A stretch of 64,000 nt of DNA from an uncultured Nitrososphaeraceae archaeon. GTDB lineage: Archaea > Thermoproteota > Nitrososphaeria > Nitrososphaerales > Nitrososphaeraceae. A model generated the notes under the pieces. The model ran no database searches and was not told where the DNA came from. It worked only from the letters and a program-made list of their open reading frames with translations. A program made the position numbers and the translations under genes. Below are positions 32,433 through 45,289 of this stretch, piece by piece. The DNA is taken from positions 1 through 64,000 of the forward strand of contig CAWIMJ010000009.1 of assembly GCA_963837175.1 (NCBI GenBank), written 5' to 3'. Position 1 is the first letter of the stretch. Every line of letters starts with the position of its first letter.

Positions 32433-33479
32433 GAAACTTGTCAATATAAGGCTACACATAATCATCGAGATACTGATAATAACCTTACTGGTTCAGCAAA
32501 ATCAATATTAAATGAAAACATCTATGACAGGGCTAACGGTAAATTTGTCCGGTTTAATGTAAGCTAAATGCTCCACTACTAATATGTTCCTTTAAAAAGA
32601 ACTATCATAGATGTATTAATATCACTTTCCGAAATCTAATGGAGAAGTTAGCTGTTTTTATATGCATATCATTCTCGATAGGAGCTCTAATATCTTGGCT
32701 GTCTATGAAATCGATAATTTCATCAAAAACACTTCTTACTTTTTGATATAATAATAGATCAAATATAAATAACTTATAATATTCCCTTATATTGCTATAT
32801 TGTACTCTGTATTTTCAAAATGTTGAGATCTATCTCTTATCTACTAATGTCATATGATTTAGTTTCTAATTTTATATGGGTTACTCATTTCTTGGCAAGA
32901 TAGAAAAAAGCAACAACGTTCTTTACTATAGTTTTCTTCATCTGCATCATTTTTGTTGCATAACAATTCATAAGAGTGTTCTAATGCTCTTGGTAATTTT
33001 AAAACACAATGTAAAGATTAACTAGCTGAACTTAAACCTGAATTAGAAATGAAAAACCTCATCTAGGTAATGTTATGGAGGGTTTCTGATCTTAAGCCGT
33101 AGTAGTTAATGAGAATACTTTGTACAAATTGATGATGTTTTTTCATACAACATCATCAAATACCTGTGGAAACTTAGGCTTAATTCTAATAAGAACGCCA
33201 GCAATAGCTTCTCTTACTGTTGCTATTCCAGTTCTGAATGGAAATGCGCCATGTCACTCGGTGGTAATAGGATTTAACCATTCATAGAAACTGTATATGT
33301 GTGGCTTGCCTTCTGATGCAAGTTTGGAAAGGACTATTTCTAACCTATCATCACAATCATATAACTTAGACTAAAAATTTGACTTTCATATACAACTCAT
33401 TTGGATTAAAAGTCTGTAACTGTTTGAACGCAATAGAACTAAACCTTATGTCATTAGATATATATGCATTTAGCTGCAG

Positions 33480-34188
33480 CTGCTCTATTCTTCATATTGC
33501 TTTATAGAAAAAGAAATAGAGAAAATATATGTAAAGGACATAGGCTATAGTTTATACTTACTTATACTTTTTAGGTTTATAATGTATGTAGAAATACTAC
33601 TGCAAAAGCACTATTAAAGAGATTCATAAAAATAAGAAGCCATGTTTCCATATGGAAGTGGGTTCGGCATTACAGGTCAGAAAGGATATTATTCTACAAT
33701 AGGAGGAGGAGGAAAATGTCTGAATTTATAGCTGATAAAACACATAAATTAAAATAGGTAAAGACTACTGCTATTTCTGGATTTGGGCTGCACTAGAATC
33801 TGACAATAAGACATTGTAGTAGGAATATGCATCTTTCTCTAGAACGAAATATGTTAGTTAGTAGCAGAGTAGCAGTTTCTGCTGCAAAATATAATAAAAA
33901 TAAAAAATATGGAAAACATCCAGTTTCATAAGATGAAGGTGTACATTGTACCAGCACCAGCATGTAAATCTCTGAAATTAAAGCACACCATATCAATTCA
34001 TCATATGAAACAAAAGCATCATAGAAAGGACTATCCAATATATTATCAAAGATAGAACAAAGAATTTTGATAACTATTTTCCATGTAATAAGAAGAACAA
34101 ATGTAAACTAGAGCATGTTGTAAACTGGTTCCACCTATTTGTTGATTATTATAATAAGAGGATGTGATTTGCTTATGTTAACAGAGCC
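33480..34188 (+). mobile_element. Degenerate IS6-family element
   Basis: RSHVSIWKWV, KYGKHPVS, IKDRTKNFDNYFPC fragments; IR GTTAACAGAGCC ends at 34188. Confidence 0.8.
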
Positions 34189-34870
34189 TTATTCTTGATA
34201 TATGGTATACTGATGAATCTTCCATATTCTGTTTTTCTAGTGCCATCTTCTTTTGCATAAGCTATCAAATGTTATAGGTAGACCATCAGCTACATCAACT
34301 GAGACCAGTATCAGTCTTGGTTGATTTTCTTCATAACTTATTGCTATAGGAAACTTTACAAATTTTTCTAAACTTCGCTTCAATGGTTTATTACTAAAGC
34401 GATACCAGGTATTGTAATAAAGATCAAAAAACTTGTTATAAGGCATAGGTGTGAGAGGAGAAAATACGTTTGGTACTCCGGATATGGCAAATTCCTTAGC
34501 TGAATAATATCTTCTGGCTCCTTCTCCTGTTGCAACTGACTCGCAGATACTATGTAAATAATCCCGCCATGACTTGAACCAAGGATTAGCATCTATTATT
34601 GATTCTTTTGACAAATAATTCCAAAAATCTATGAGCCTCTCTGCTGAACCTTCATAAGTACCATTTTCGATAACGTAACTTGTGAGAACTGCCGCATTCA
34701 TAGGACCTATCGATGTACCCACAATTATGTCAAAGGTTGGACTTTTCTTTCTCCCTTCTTTTTTTATCTTTCTCTGAAAGCCATTCGTATAGTACCTTGT
34801 ATGCTCCTGCTTTGTACGCGCCTAGGGATCCCCCTCCTTGTAATACCAAAACGTATAGGGGCATTCAATC
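34189..34870 (-). pseudogene. Patatin N-terminal half, truncated at the IS6 end
   Basis: VLVLQGGGSLGAY, GTSIG, PRLILVSVDVA, TFDSYAKEDG; paralog of 45594..47004. Confidence 0.85.
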
Positions 34871-35124
34871 CAGGTGAGGCATAATAAAAAAGAGCAGTCT
34901 TATATTATATTATATGACAACAACTTTAATAGGCAATTATTTATCTGATAAAAAAGAAGATTGACTTTAAAGAAAAAGAAGAAATAGAGAATTATCAATA
35001 AAGAAGATTTTATGAATTTCGTTTAACGTATTTTGTTTTATGTCTAACTTTAGGCTAATAGTAATAATAGTAAAATATTTTCTCATTAATCTTTGGCAAT
35101 TGACTGTGCTCGCTTTCATTATTG

Positions 35125-35496
35125 TTACTGGCTCTCTAATTCTTTTGAAAGCGACCAGTTAAGCAAAATTCTTATAATTACAACAACTGCAAGTGTGGCA
35201 AGCTCAAAGAATGATGGAACCAGGATAGTCTTAAGAATGTCAGCGGCTACTAAGAAATCTAACGATATTAACAAACCTCTTAACATTCGTGATACCATCT
35301 CGCGGATACGTTTAGGTCGTTGTTGTTGTTCTTCTTTTTTCTTTAAACTTAAAAGCGATATTCTAAAAACCTCTATTAACGTAACTGCTACTATTGCTAT
35401 AATAATGAAAATTATTATAGCTTCTAAACCAAATACTACATAGCTAGTCATTTGCTCAAGATAAATGTGAGCAAGATCTTGATTGGATTCTACCAT
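35125..35496 (-). CDS. DUF1622 membrane protein
   Basis: GLLISLDFLVAADILKT..PS..EL..LAVVVIIRI.LNWSL.KE. Confidence 0.85.
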   Translation of the reverse strand: MVESNQDLAHIYLEQMTSYVVFGLEAIIIFIIIAIVAVTLIEVFRISLLSLKKKEEQQQRPKRIREMVSRMLRGLLISLDFLVAADILKTILVPSFFELATLAVVVIIRILLNWSLSKELESQ

Positions 35497-35554
35497 ATGA
35501 ATATGTCTTAAATTAAATGTTGATCCTCCGATGTCTTATAAGTTATACTATAGT

Positions 35555-35990
35555 CTTTTTGATGTATGTGTAATCAATTTGCATCCTAAAAAACAGGCAG
35601 AAATTCCCACTAACAGAGACAGTATTATCAACAGAACACTGACATAACTTTTTCCGATAGGACTGATCGAGAGGAAGTTATGCTCTTGCTAATATCTGAT
35701 TATGTGATTAGGTAAGGGCGCTAATAAAGATGGCAGATGAGCACGGCGTGGAAAATGATCTGATCAATAATTTCTTGAATCAGAAGACAAAATTCCATGG
35801 CGAGTTCTTAAGGTCGGGACGATTCCAAGACATAGTTGAAGGGCGATTTTAAATAGATGAAATAATACGTGTAAACCCGAAGAATGATGAGCATACTATT
35901 TCTAACAAAACGTTTGATTTCTCTTCCGGGACGATAAAGCTGTTGCTTGAGCAAGGATATAATGATGCTTATGACGAATTGAATATATAT
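35555..35990 (+). pseudogene. Patatin C-terminal (DUF3734-like) half
   Basis: VINLHPKKQAEIP, DITFSDRT, LLISDY, KNDEHTISNKTFDFSSGTIKLLLEQGYND. Confidence 0.8.
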
Positions 35991-36196
35991 GAAACCCATC
36001 TTAGGTAGATGGTCGGATATTATTGATTGATCGAGTGTTCTGCTGCAATAATCCATATGAATCAAATTGTGTCATACGAGTAGTTATGAGGTGTATTAAT
36101 TAACATCGCAACATGTGAGATAACACCAGAAGCTTATTCTTACTTACAAAGTTGATATCTAAATAAAAAACTAACATACGAGGAAGAGATAATGGC

Positions 36197-36680
36197 TTAA
36201 GAATGCCGCATAATGTCATGCCTGCTTTTAGCTACCATCAGGATATATGAGGCCGTGACAGGAATGAGAAGTAGAAGTGCAACCAAAAGGAGTGGATCGT
36301 CTAACATATCAGACAACATAGTGCTAGCTATGTATCGCACGAGTATAACCATGATAAGAACAATAAGTGCAAAGTAAGCGATTAGATAGAGTCTCTTTGT
36401 AAAGACAGAAAGTTTTTGCTCCTGACCAATGTACAGTCAGAAGATTACAAATGCCAGTCCCATCATGAAAACAATTATGCTGAGGTATAGTTGGATAATA
36501 CTTCCATATCCTACCTGTTCCAAATTCTCAATTATCGTGTTAAGGCGATTTGCTATCTGGGTACTACTGTTCTCTAATGAATCTTGGCTAGGCAATTCTT
36601 ACTGGGACCAAACGCTGTTGTCCGAATTTAATGGAACTACTACAAGTAGCAATAAAGAAGTCGTCCAATAGATGCATAAC
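36197..36680 (-). pseudogene. Membrane protein remnant, probable homolog of 51084..51743
   Basis: SIIVFMMGLAFVIF*LYI...LIAYFALIVLIMVIL...PLLLVALLLLIP, with an in-frame TGA. Confidence 0.5.
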
Positions 36681-38775
36681 AATCAAGGACTTGTTGAGCA
36701 AGTAACTATTAAAACTATTTCAGTGTCTCTCTTTCGCTTCGTCATAAACTATTGCCTAAAACACTGTCTGAAGCGTTTAGGCTAGCATACAAAATAAAAC
36801 TGATTAACTAATAATGCATAAGATATGCAAAGCCTCCTTGGAAACTATGCCATTGTTATTGGCGGCGTAGAATGATTAGATTAATCGCAGTCTGATAATC
36901 TTAGAAGTGGTACGAATCTTATCGAGATGTACGTCGCAAAAAATGTTAGTCTTAGTTTTCCCGTCTTTATAGAATGAGAACAGTTTCAACTAGGTTTGCC
37001 TATATTCATCGCTGGCTGCGAGCTCAATACTGCGAAGCGTTGGTTGCTTTGAATCATGACGAATCTATGCCAATGAATAGACGGTGTATGCTCAATGATA
37101 ATATGAAAGAAGGAATAACGTTCCCTAGTATAATATTGCTTATTCTGACAGAAAATTTTTGAAGAGTAGTACATTGTGGAATATGTGATAATTTAAGAAA
37201 TGTTCTAAAGTAACAGCATGTTTTAGAGCGCGGAACTTAATATCTACAAGTTTAACATACCTTGATTCTTTCAATATATAATTGCTAATTATACCCTTAC
37301 AAAGCATTGACTATGAAACAATAATTTCTACCTAGCCAATTATAACATTCTTCCTATTCTATACTATCGATTTTCGATACCATATTATAGCTTTTTATAT
37401 TATACTTTTACTTTTAAGGTTCTGTTCAATCTTGAGGACATTTGACTAGTCTGTTAAATTAGGGGCATCTTCAATTGTTAAGTCGGGACATAAACTACAA
37501 ATGAGTGCACCCATACCTCCCAAAAATATCTCGGACTATTCAATCTTTGGACATTAGAATTATGGAAATGCTTGTGTTCATCTCTACAGTAAAATAATCA
37601 TCATCATAAGTAGTTATCATCTACTCATATGGTTTAATTAGAACTTGTTTTGTTCCTGATCCCTTTGCATATATGATTAGCTATTCTATTGCCACTCCAA
37701 TTCTTAGTATATTCCTTGCTTATTTATCAAAATAAATTTTTGCAGAGGAAAATAAATACTAATATACTCTTTTGTCTTGACTCAATTGTTTTCGTGAGGA
37801 CAAAGTAGTAGACAAGAAGTAGTACTGAACTCTTTTGTAAGAGATCAAAGTCAATAGAGATCTCATTTTAATGAATTCAACTAGCAATGCATCGGAGAAG
37901 TTACTTCTTCTGTATCAAATCTCATTGTTTCTACTAATGCTTGCTGCATGCATTCTGAAAGAGATTTGATATGTATCGTAGATAATTTTCAAAACTTGGT
38001 GTTGATGTTTTGTTAAGTTTACTTTTTCATTATTTGTAATGACATCATCAACGGTATCTTTATCTTTATTTTTATTATTGATATGGGTCAACTTTGATGA
38101 CGGTGATGTTGCTGCAGAAGAAAACGTTACCGATGAAGAATCATTCATTTTTACTATAACTATTTATTTCATTCATTGGCTATATCGTTTTCGTTTTATC
38201 TGTTATTATGAGTTTCCAAGTTATTACTCGTACATCGCTGAAGGATCAACTCCATGTACTTTGAATTTATCTACTATATCATATCCAGGCTAATGCCAAT
38301 AACATGAAAAACAGGTTCAGGATAATGATTACACAAGGTTTCACATTATTTGTAATTCTGTATTCCCAACAAGCAAATGCAGATCATATCAGTAGATGTA
38401 GAGACAAGATACTCAATAATTTGTACGCAAGAATACAGAAGTATCCAAACTAAAATCAGAACTAATTGGAGTAATGAACAGTAGAAGAAATATAGCAAAG
38501 GATAAAAGTAGAGAAATGGCTTGATCCCCGGATTTCAAGAATTTATAATTTTATAATGAGTTACTGAGAAATTATCTCTCACGGATAATTATCGGTTCCC
38601 CTTTAACCTTTACACATGGCTAGCACCAACTAGGCGATCCAGATTTAGAACTCTGCATAATTTGTTGTTTACTGGTTGATTGTGTAAAAGCAACTATTCT
38701 TAGCTTTTGTTTGCTTAATTTTATCCTAGTGTATGCGTGACCAACATTCTTCTATACAAAGATAGCTGTGACATC

Positions 38776-39082
38776 CTATAATTTCGCAATTAATGCCGCT
38801 TTCAGTTTCTGAAATTCCTCATCCGTTAATAGGCCTTTTTGATGAAGATCAGCATATTTTTGGAGCTTTTCAGTTAGATCTTCCTGATTAGATGACTGTG
38901 GTCGTTGTGTTTCTTGTGTCTGTTGAGCTTGAGCTGCTTTCAATTGTTCGATTTCTCGTTGTTGTTGTTGTGCTTGTTGTTGTGCTTGTTGTTGCATCTG
39001 GGCTTTTTCTTCCATAGCCGATGCAGTACGACGTTTGGCTACAGCTGCACCTACAGCGAATGAAGCGATTCTTCCTCTCATA
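38776..39082 (-). CDS. SHOCT-domain protein with Gln-rich linker
   Basis: DLTEKLQKYADLHQKGLLTDEEFQKLKAALI. Confidence 0.85.
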
Positions 39083-39386
39083 TATCTATAAATCAATGTG
39101 TAAGAAATTAATTAACCTTTCTGAATATTCTTTGACTTTATCCTTCTCATATGAGTGAGCTGTTAATTGAGTCCAGCCTTGTACTGCTAGTTCAATATCG
39201 ATTGATTCTAACGATTCTATTACCAATGGCCCTTTTCTAGATATGTAAATTCATACAAGAGAGATTTTGATTACAAGAAGTTGTTATCCGAGATCGGTTC
39301 TTTTATAGTGTACATTTAGTGTCCTTTGTGACTACAAGCATACTATGCATTTAGTAAATCCTTGCAATAATGATGACAATATATCT

Positions 39387-40361
39387 CTATTTGTTTATCA
39401 TCATATTATTGGGATTTGCCGAGAACGTTTCTCTTAACGTATTGGCATAATGATCAGACAGAGATTTTAAGAAGGCAAAGTTGTCAGGAATACAAATGTT
39501 GCTAATTGATTCCTGGTACTCGTTTAGTAATCTAATAATGGATGCCCTTGATGAGTGTGATCTGTCTAGTACCATGTTCCTGATACTCTCATAACTAGAA
39601 TTTTTTATTCTTTTGTAAGGAGTATCTTTAACAGCGGCCATAACAAATACATTTGGCATATCTTCTTGAACATCATCTACTATATCTTCCCAGTCATCTT
39701 GCAAATCAAGGAAAGCCTGATTGTAATGAAGAATTAATGAAACATTTTCATTAAAGCTTGGGAGCTTCGCATCCAGAACACTCGCATAGATTGTTGATGC
39801 ATCAGATGACTTGAATAGGTTAAAATGTCTTATTTCATTATATGAAAAGGTGAAACCTCCTAAAATACGACGCTTAATAATTTGCTCAAATTTCCAAAAT
39901 GTGCAAAACTGCTTCAATGAGTACTCTATAGAATAGTTAAGATGATGGTTCTCATTTCCAGTTAAGAGGAATTTATTTATTGATGTACGTACCCTTTTTG
40001 CCATCCAGGTATATCTATCATCTCCTATCTCAAAAAATCTGTCTAACAGAAGAACATATCTAGCTAAAAGCCGTACCATTCTATATACCCATAACGCTTG
40101 GTAGACATCTTTTGTATCAAAGTAGGTAGCAATAAAGTACCAAGGATCTTGTGCTTTCTCATCTATAGTTCGATATGTAGTTGATAAAGGAGGGTCAAAG
40201 TTGCTTAATAAGATACTTAGAGAAATTATCTGCTCAATAAAACCCATTATATCGTTAGTAAAATCCAGCTCTTTTGCCGCTTTAGAAATCTTATCAACAA
40301 TGCCCTCCTTGTCAAAATTTCTGAAATTTGACATGTTGGTTCCTATAATATGGGAGATCAT
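39387..40361 (-). CDS. Class I isoprenoid-synthase/terpene-synthase-fold protein
   Basis: LLDRFFE and DLQDDWEDIVDDVQEDMPNVF Asp-rich motifs; all-helical. Confidence 0.55.
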   Translation of the reverse strand: MISHIIGTNMSNFRNFDKEGIVDKISKAAKELDFTNDIMGFIEQIISLSILLSNFDPPLSTTYRTIDEKAQDPWYFIATYFDTKDVYQALWVYRMVRLLARYVLLLDRFFEIGDDRYTWMAKRVRTSINKFLLTGNENHHLNYSIEYSLKQFCTFWKFEQIIKRRILGGFTFSYNEIRHFNLFKSSDASTIYASVLDAKLPSFNENVSLILHYNQAFLDLQDDWEDIVDDVQEDMPNVFVMAAVKDTPYKRIKNSSYESIRNMVLDRSHSSRASIIRLLNEYQESISNICIPDNFAFLKSLSDHYANTLRETFSANPNNMMINK

Positions 40362-40552
40362 TTAACTTTCCATGCCAAAATATTAATATTGTCATACAAT
40401 GAATCTTTTACCAACCAGATTCATTATGAGCCATCAAGTCCATTTATACTAAGTTTATTAATTTAATGATGTGAAAGGAACTAAATTAACATGGCCTATC
40501 TACCTGTGTAACTTTGTGAAACAGCATATATTATTGCAGTGTGGGAATATTA

Positions 40553-40987
40553 CTATTTATCTGGTGGCTGTTGTGCTGGCTCGACAACACCAGTTTTTAA
40601 TGCTGGCATAAGCGCATCAAAGATAGTCCATGCTTCTTTGATTTTGCCATCTTTGAAGTGAAAGATTTCCACACCACTACTTTCAAACGGCTCATTGCTA
40701 GCCGGAAGGACATTCCATCCTTTCTGCATAGTAGCTTTCATGCTCCACCTAACTGCAACTTTATCTTGTTCTCCAAACTCGTCCAATATCGTGACTTTCA
40801 TATCAGGGAATGTTTTGCGATCCTCTGCTAGCCACTCTTTAAAGTTATCTAAACCTTTAACCTCTTCTGCTATCCCATGATAAATTATGTCAGGAGTAAC
40901 AAACACGTTTGCCTCTGCTAGTTTTCCTTCATTAATTAGTTCTTGGATACATCTGCTAGCAATTATTTTATTTTCCGTAATTGTCAT
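40553..40987 (-). CDS. SnoaL-like ester cyclase (NTF2 fold)
   Basis: TFPDMKVTI.D.FGEQDKVAVRW, HFKDGKIKEAW. Confidence 0.88.
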   Translation of the reverse strand: MTITENKIIASRCIQELINEGKLAEANVFVTPDIIYHGIAEEVKGLDNFKEWLAEDRKTFPDMKVTILDEFGEQDKVAVRWSMKATMQKGWNVLPASNEPFESSGVEIFHFKDGKIKEAWTIFDALMPALKTGVVEPAQQPPDK

Positions 40988-41615
40988 GAGATTATATATT
41001 TCCGAGATACTTTAAAGCCTTTCTTATATCTACCAACAGTTGCCTAGAATAAGTGTTTACGCAATTGGTTCAAACAACTAAATCATTTTTACACAACTTG
41101 TACTATCATCTATCACAAGACTTGACCTAACTCCTTCTATAGGACATTGAGCTCACCATTAGAGGTGGCCACAAATCAAGCTATTATCTTATGTGGTACA
41201 GCACCCTTAAATGCCACAACCAGTTGTGCAAAAAAAACATCTATTTGAATTGAGCCTTCTTTTACTTTCGGAATCAATTAATTGAATTACCGACCAGTGT
41301 ATGTCAATGTTGAGTGCAGGAGTTGTGTTTGGAGCCTCAAAAACTTGATGATCACAGAAATCAGAAAGTAGTCTGATATAATTTATCTCCGGAATAGAAC
41401 ACAGATAGGAAGCTTGCTGCTGTCAATAGAAACAGTATGATAGTAGTAACATGGCGGCAGATGAAATACCTCATATCTGCTTGTCTGGCAAATGGATTTT
41501 TTACATTACACCAAAAAATTGAGTTCAAGGCAGGCTATAGTCTGATCGCAACACTACCAACAGATAATGCCAATGTACTTTATCATCATCATCTGACCAG
41601 TCAGAATTATGTGCT

Positions 41616-42185
41616 TTATGAACGTAACCTGGTCAGCTTTCTTCCCGTTATTCCTACGAACGTTATCTGTACACCATTAATCAAAAGGACTAAGGAAACA
41701 ATTAACAACAATAAAACGAAACCAAACTCAGGACGCGAGAATACAATTAGCGCCACTGCGATACATATGACACCTGTACCTACGGTAAAGATCTTCGAAG
41801 CTCTCTTGTAAGTATTGTTTTTTATGCCATCAATGATTCTTATCGCTCCGTTAGCCAAAAGACCAAAGGCAAGAATGAGTACATATAACTTACTAACGTA
41901 TTCTGGCGCAAAGTAGGCTGAACCGAAGAACACGACTAAACCCACTCCTATTGCTATGCTAATGAGCCTAGAAGATCTTTTTAAAGAAGTAGATCTTATT
42001 CCAACGATTATTCGTTCTATTCCAATTATAATAAATGCTGTAGAAGCTAAGAAAATAAGTGAGTAAGCTCCGAGTTTAGCTGAGCCGAGCATGATAGATA
42101 TAGATAATCCTATACATATTAGCCCTACAACAACTTGGAAAACTCTCAGCCATTGTGGATCAATGATATCTCCAGATGTCCTCAT
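41616..42185 (-). CDS. HdeD/DUF308 membrane protein
   Basis: PQWLRVFQVVVG...GIERI duplicated 3-TM unit. Confidence 0.8.
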   Translation of the reverse strand: MRTSGDIIDPQWLRVFQVVVGLICIGLSISIMLGSAKLGAYSLIFLASTAFIIIGIERIIVGIRSTSLKRSSRLISIAIGVGLVVFFGSAYFAPEYVSKLYVLILAFGLLANGAIRIIDGIKNNTYKRASKIFTVGTGVICIAVALIVFSRPEFGFVLLLLIVSLVLLINGVQITFVGITGRKLTRLRS

Positions 42186-42999
42186 TGTTACTTCAGATAT
42201 CTCACTTGTGAAGCGTATCTATTATATATATTGAATTGTAAATCGGCGCTCTTAAGTAAGAGCATTGTTACAATTATTGCTAATGGTACACGTTAAAAGG
42301 ATAAGGATTAATTTGGTATCTACGAGTCCTTCATGATATTCATTGTCTTGATTTGCGATTGTTAAAAACGCAAACGTACTTCGAAGATATTCTAGTTCTC
42401 CTCCTGGACACTCATATGTCAAATTGATGACACATATGCTAAAGAGATACTAGTAAATAAAAAAGGCTGTTTTGATTGTAGCCTATATGCCTTGACAATG
42501 ATCAAGTTTTGTTTTTGCCTGGCAATTTTATTGAAAATCATGACCGTGTGCTCTAATCTCTCTTAGGACTAGCTTATTGTACGCTTGCATTGGTTCTAAA
42601 ATATTTCTACTGCTCCATACTTGAAACTTTTTGATGTTGTCGAAATATGATTTATTTACGCTTAACTGGTTCAATTCCTAGTAAACATAAATATTTTTTA
42701 ATTTCGGACCTTTATTTTGGAGTGTTGTTAACTTTTTTGATCAATCAATTCCATCATCTAGTTTTTCTTTTCGTGAAGACAGATTTTGCTGATTTCTCTT
42801 GGATCACGTTGTCTTGAGAGAAGAGAAACCTAAGACCTCATTAGTTTATTAACTTTGCCATGAAACATATCTTATATTTTACATCATTTCTATTGAGAGT
42901 TCTTAAATTTCAGACAAGATATCTATTCTCCCAACTTAAGCAGGTAAATAGATTTAAGAAGTATAATCAGTCATCAATATTGAAAATAACTTGGCTAAC

Positions 43000-44730
43000 A
43001 TGGTCACAGATATCGCTAGGGATGCGCGCGGCATATCTAAAGACGGCATATGGTTCCATGATACGGAAGGCCGATATCTCATTTTTCGTGGTGTAAACCT
43101 TGCATCGCGTAGCAAATTGCCGCCTTATCTACCCATTGCTCCTCTCCATATGAAACGGATCGATGAATCCACTCTAAAACAAGAAATTGAACTGGTTAAA
43201 TCAGAGTTAGATCTTCTAAAGAAACTTGGTTTTAATATTATCCGATTGTTAATATCATGGAAAGGCATCGAACCTACGCCTAATCCAAACTTAAATGAGA
43301 TTTTGAGTGAAGGACAAAAGTACCTCTACCTAGTAAATCAAATAATAGATGCGTTATATAGTCGAGACTTATACATTATTTTGGATTTTCATCAAGACAT
43401 AGCACATGAAGTCTACGGTGGGGATGGGTTTCCAGATTGGGCATTAGCAATAGATGAGGAGCATAAGAGGCCAAAGGCGTCTAACCTCAAAGATAGGAAA
43501 TGGCAGACGGCTTACATGATAAACAAACTAGTAAAGCACACTCTGACTTCATTCTGGAAGAATGATCTTAGTAACACAGAACTTGGCCTGCAAAATTTTC
43601 CGGTGAGAACTCACCTAGAGAAGACTATAGGTCAGACCGTTAACTTCTTTAAATCATTAAGCGACGGGGGACATCCTGCCATTCTAGGTATTGAGCCTTT
43701 CAATGAACCTCATCCTGCTGGGATCCCAGCTGATCAATTCGAGTCTACATTTCTATACCAGTATTACCAGAATGTTGAATCCGAAATAAGGAAATTTGAT
43801 GACAAGATATTTTTATTCTTAGAACCACGTGTCGACTGGACGATGTCTTTTCAGGGATCCGGTAAAAAATCTAAGATAGGTCCTTCTCCTTTTAACATAC
43901 GTCGTACTCTTCATCTCAATTTTTTACGTAACGTTATGATCGAAGGAAATATAGATCCGCAAGCAGAACAACAAATAGTTAGTCATCTTCCTTCTAATCG
44001 GGCATCATTGGATAAGATAGGAGAGCGTAGTGTATTGTCATTTCATTATTATGATCCAAAAGCTATCGCTCAATCATTTTTGAAGATCCCCGATAATATG
44101 TATAGATATGCGTATCAATGGCCTAATATTTTTGCTCAATTATTCAAAGCTGCAGAGAAGCGTGGACTTGTACCATTTCTGACTGAATTTGGCGGAGTTC
44201 AAGATGCAGAACTAATTCGTGATTACATCGACCTGCATTATAGGCAAATTGAAACTTTTCTTCTAAACTCTACGTATTGGAACTATGACCTTTATAACAC
44301 TAAGGATGGGAAGGATAATTGGAACCTTGAAAACTTCTCCTTGCTTGGACCAGACAGAAGGCCGAGAAATATAGACACAATTGCTCGTCCTTATCCCCTA
44401 CGCAGTTCGGCTAAACCTATTTTACTATTTTTCGACTTAGAATCCTCATATGCTACGCTAATTCTTGAAGGAAGTGTAGTAGATGCGCCTACAGTTATAT
44501 ACATTCCATATGACCTCCATTATTCACCAGAATTTAGAGTATGGGCAACAAGTAAAGAGATAGAATGGGATAGACAAAATCAGCTGCTATATTGGTATCC
44601 TGCAAAGGCTCAAACACTAAATCAAATAATTATAGCCAAAGAACGTGGTGAAAATGTAGATACTGAAAGATTGCCTAAAGCAGCTAGAGATGTGGTAGAA
44701 AAGACATCCTTTGTGAGTGTGTTATCATAA
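43000..44730 (+). CDS. GH5 glycoside hydrolase, endoglycoceramidase-like
   Basis: FRGVN, GFNIIRL..SW.GIEP, ILDFHQD, GGDGFPDWA, FNEP (acid/base), HYY, TEFG (nucleophile), RPYP. Confidence 0.9.
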   Translation: MVTDIARDARGISKDGIWFHDTEGRYLIFRGVNLASRSKLPPYLPIAPLHMKRIDESTLKQEIELVKSELDLLKKLGFNIIRLLISWKGIEPTPNPNLNEILSEGQKYLYLVNQIIDALYSRDLYIILDFHQDIAHEVYGGDGFPDWALAIDEEHKRPKASNLKDRKWQTAYMINKLVKHTLTSFWKNDLSNTELGLQNFPVRTHLEKTIGQTVNFFKSLSDGGHPAILGIEPFNEPHPAGIPADQFESTFLYQYYQNVESEIRKFDDKIFLFLEPRVDWTMSFQGSGKKSKIGPSPFNIRRTLHLNFLRNVMIEGNIDPQAEQQIVSHLPSNRASLDKIGERSVLSFHYYDPKAIAQSFLKIPDNMYRYAYQWPNIFAQLFKAAEKRGLVPFLTEFGGVQDAELIRDYIDLHYRQIETFLLNSTYWNYDLYNTKDGKDNWNLENFSLLGPDRRPRNIDTIARPYPLRSSAKPILLFFDLESSYATLILEGSVVDAPTVIYIPYDLHYSPEFRVWATSKEIEWDRQNQLLYWYPAKAQTLNQIIIAKERGENVDTERLPKAARDVVEKTSFVSVLS

Positions 44731-45055
44731 ATCGCTTTGTCAAAAAGTCAACTTCACGCGCGCTTCCACTTCTTTTGAAAAATTCACCCTTTTTCAATCT
44801 GTACATATATTCTCGTCGAGGTCTCTATAAATTTGCCTGTAGATCACATGGAAAAGCTGGCTCTGTCTATTACTATTTTCTTTTTTTTGCTGTCAATTTG
44901 TGTTTACTATCATTATTCCTTCTATTATCTCTACATAGTTGCAAGGTTTTATGATATTTATTATTGTATCAATCCAGTTGGTCTAATGTAGATATTTGGG
45001 ATAAACGTGGAATTGTAAAACTCATATCATAAATGCCTCTGTACCAGGCAATCTG

Positions 45056-45289
45056 ATGCACAAACAAACAAGCTTCATAGTAACTGCAGAAATATTATTG
45101 ACTGCAGCTATTGCAGTAGCATTCTCTACAGTTAATACAGCAAATGCTCAAAGCAATATGACTAACGCCAGCGCCGCTAAGACAAAGGAGATAACTACAA
45201 CTAATTCATCCACCGGCGTTACTATCGGTAGTCAAAAAAACCTTACTAGCACTATTAGTGGCGGTAATATGGCAAATACGACTGGCTAA
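45056..45289 (+). CDS. Small secreted Thr/Asn-rich protein
   Basis: Signal peptide ending ANA-Q, low-complexity mature part. Confidence 0.55.
   Translation: MHKQTSFIVTAEILLTAAIAVAFSTVNTANAQSNMTNASAAKTKEITTTNSSTGVTIGSQKNLTSTISGGNMANTTG

Noticed and set aside
36370-36470. In-frame TGA as selenocysteine or readthrough
   Set aside because: It aligns to Gly in the paralog (GGA to TGA); a simple nonsense change.
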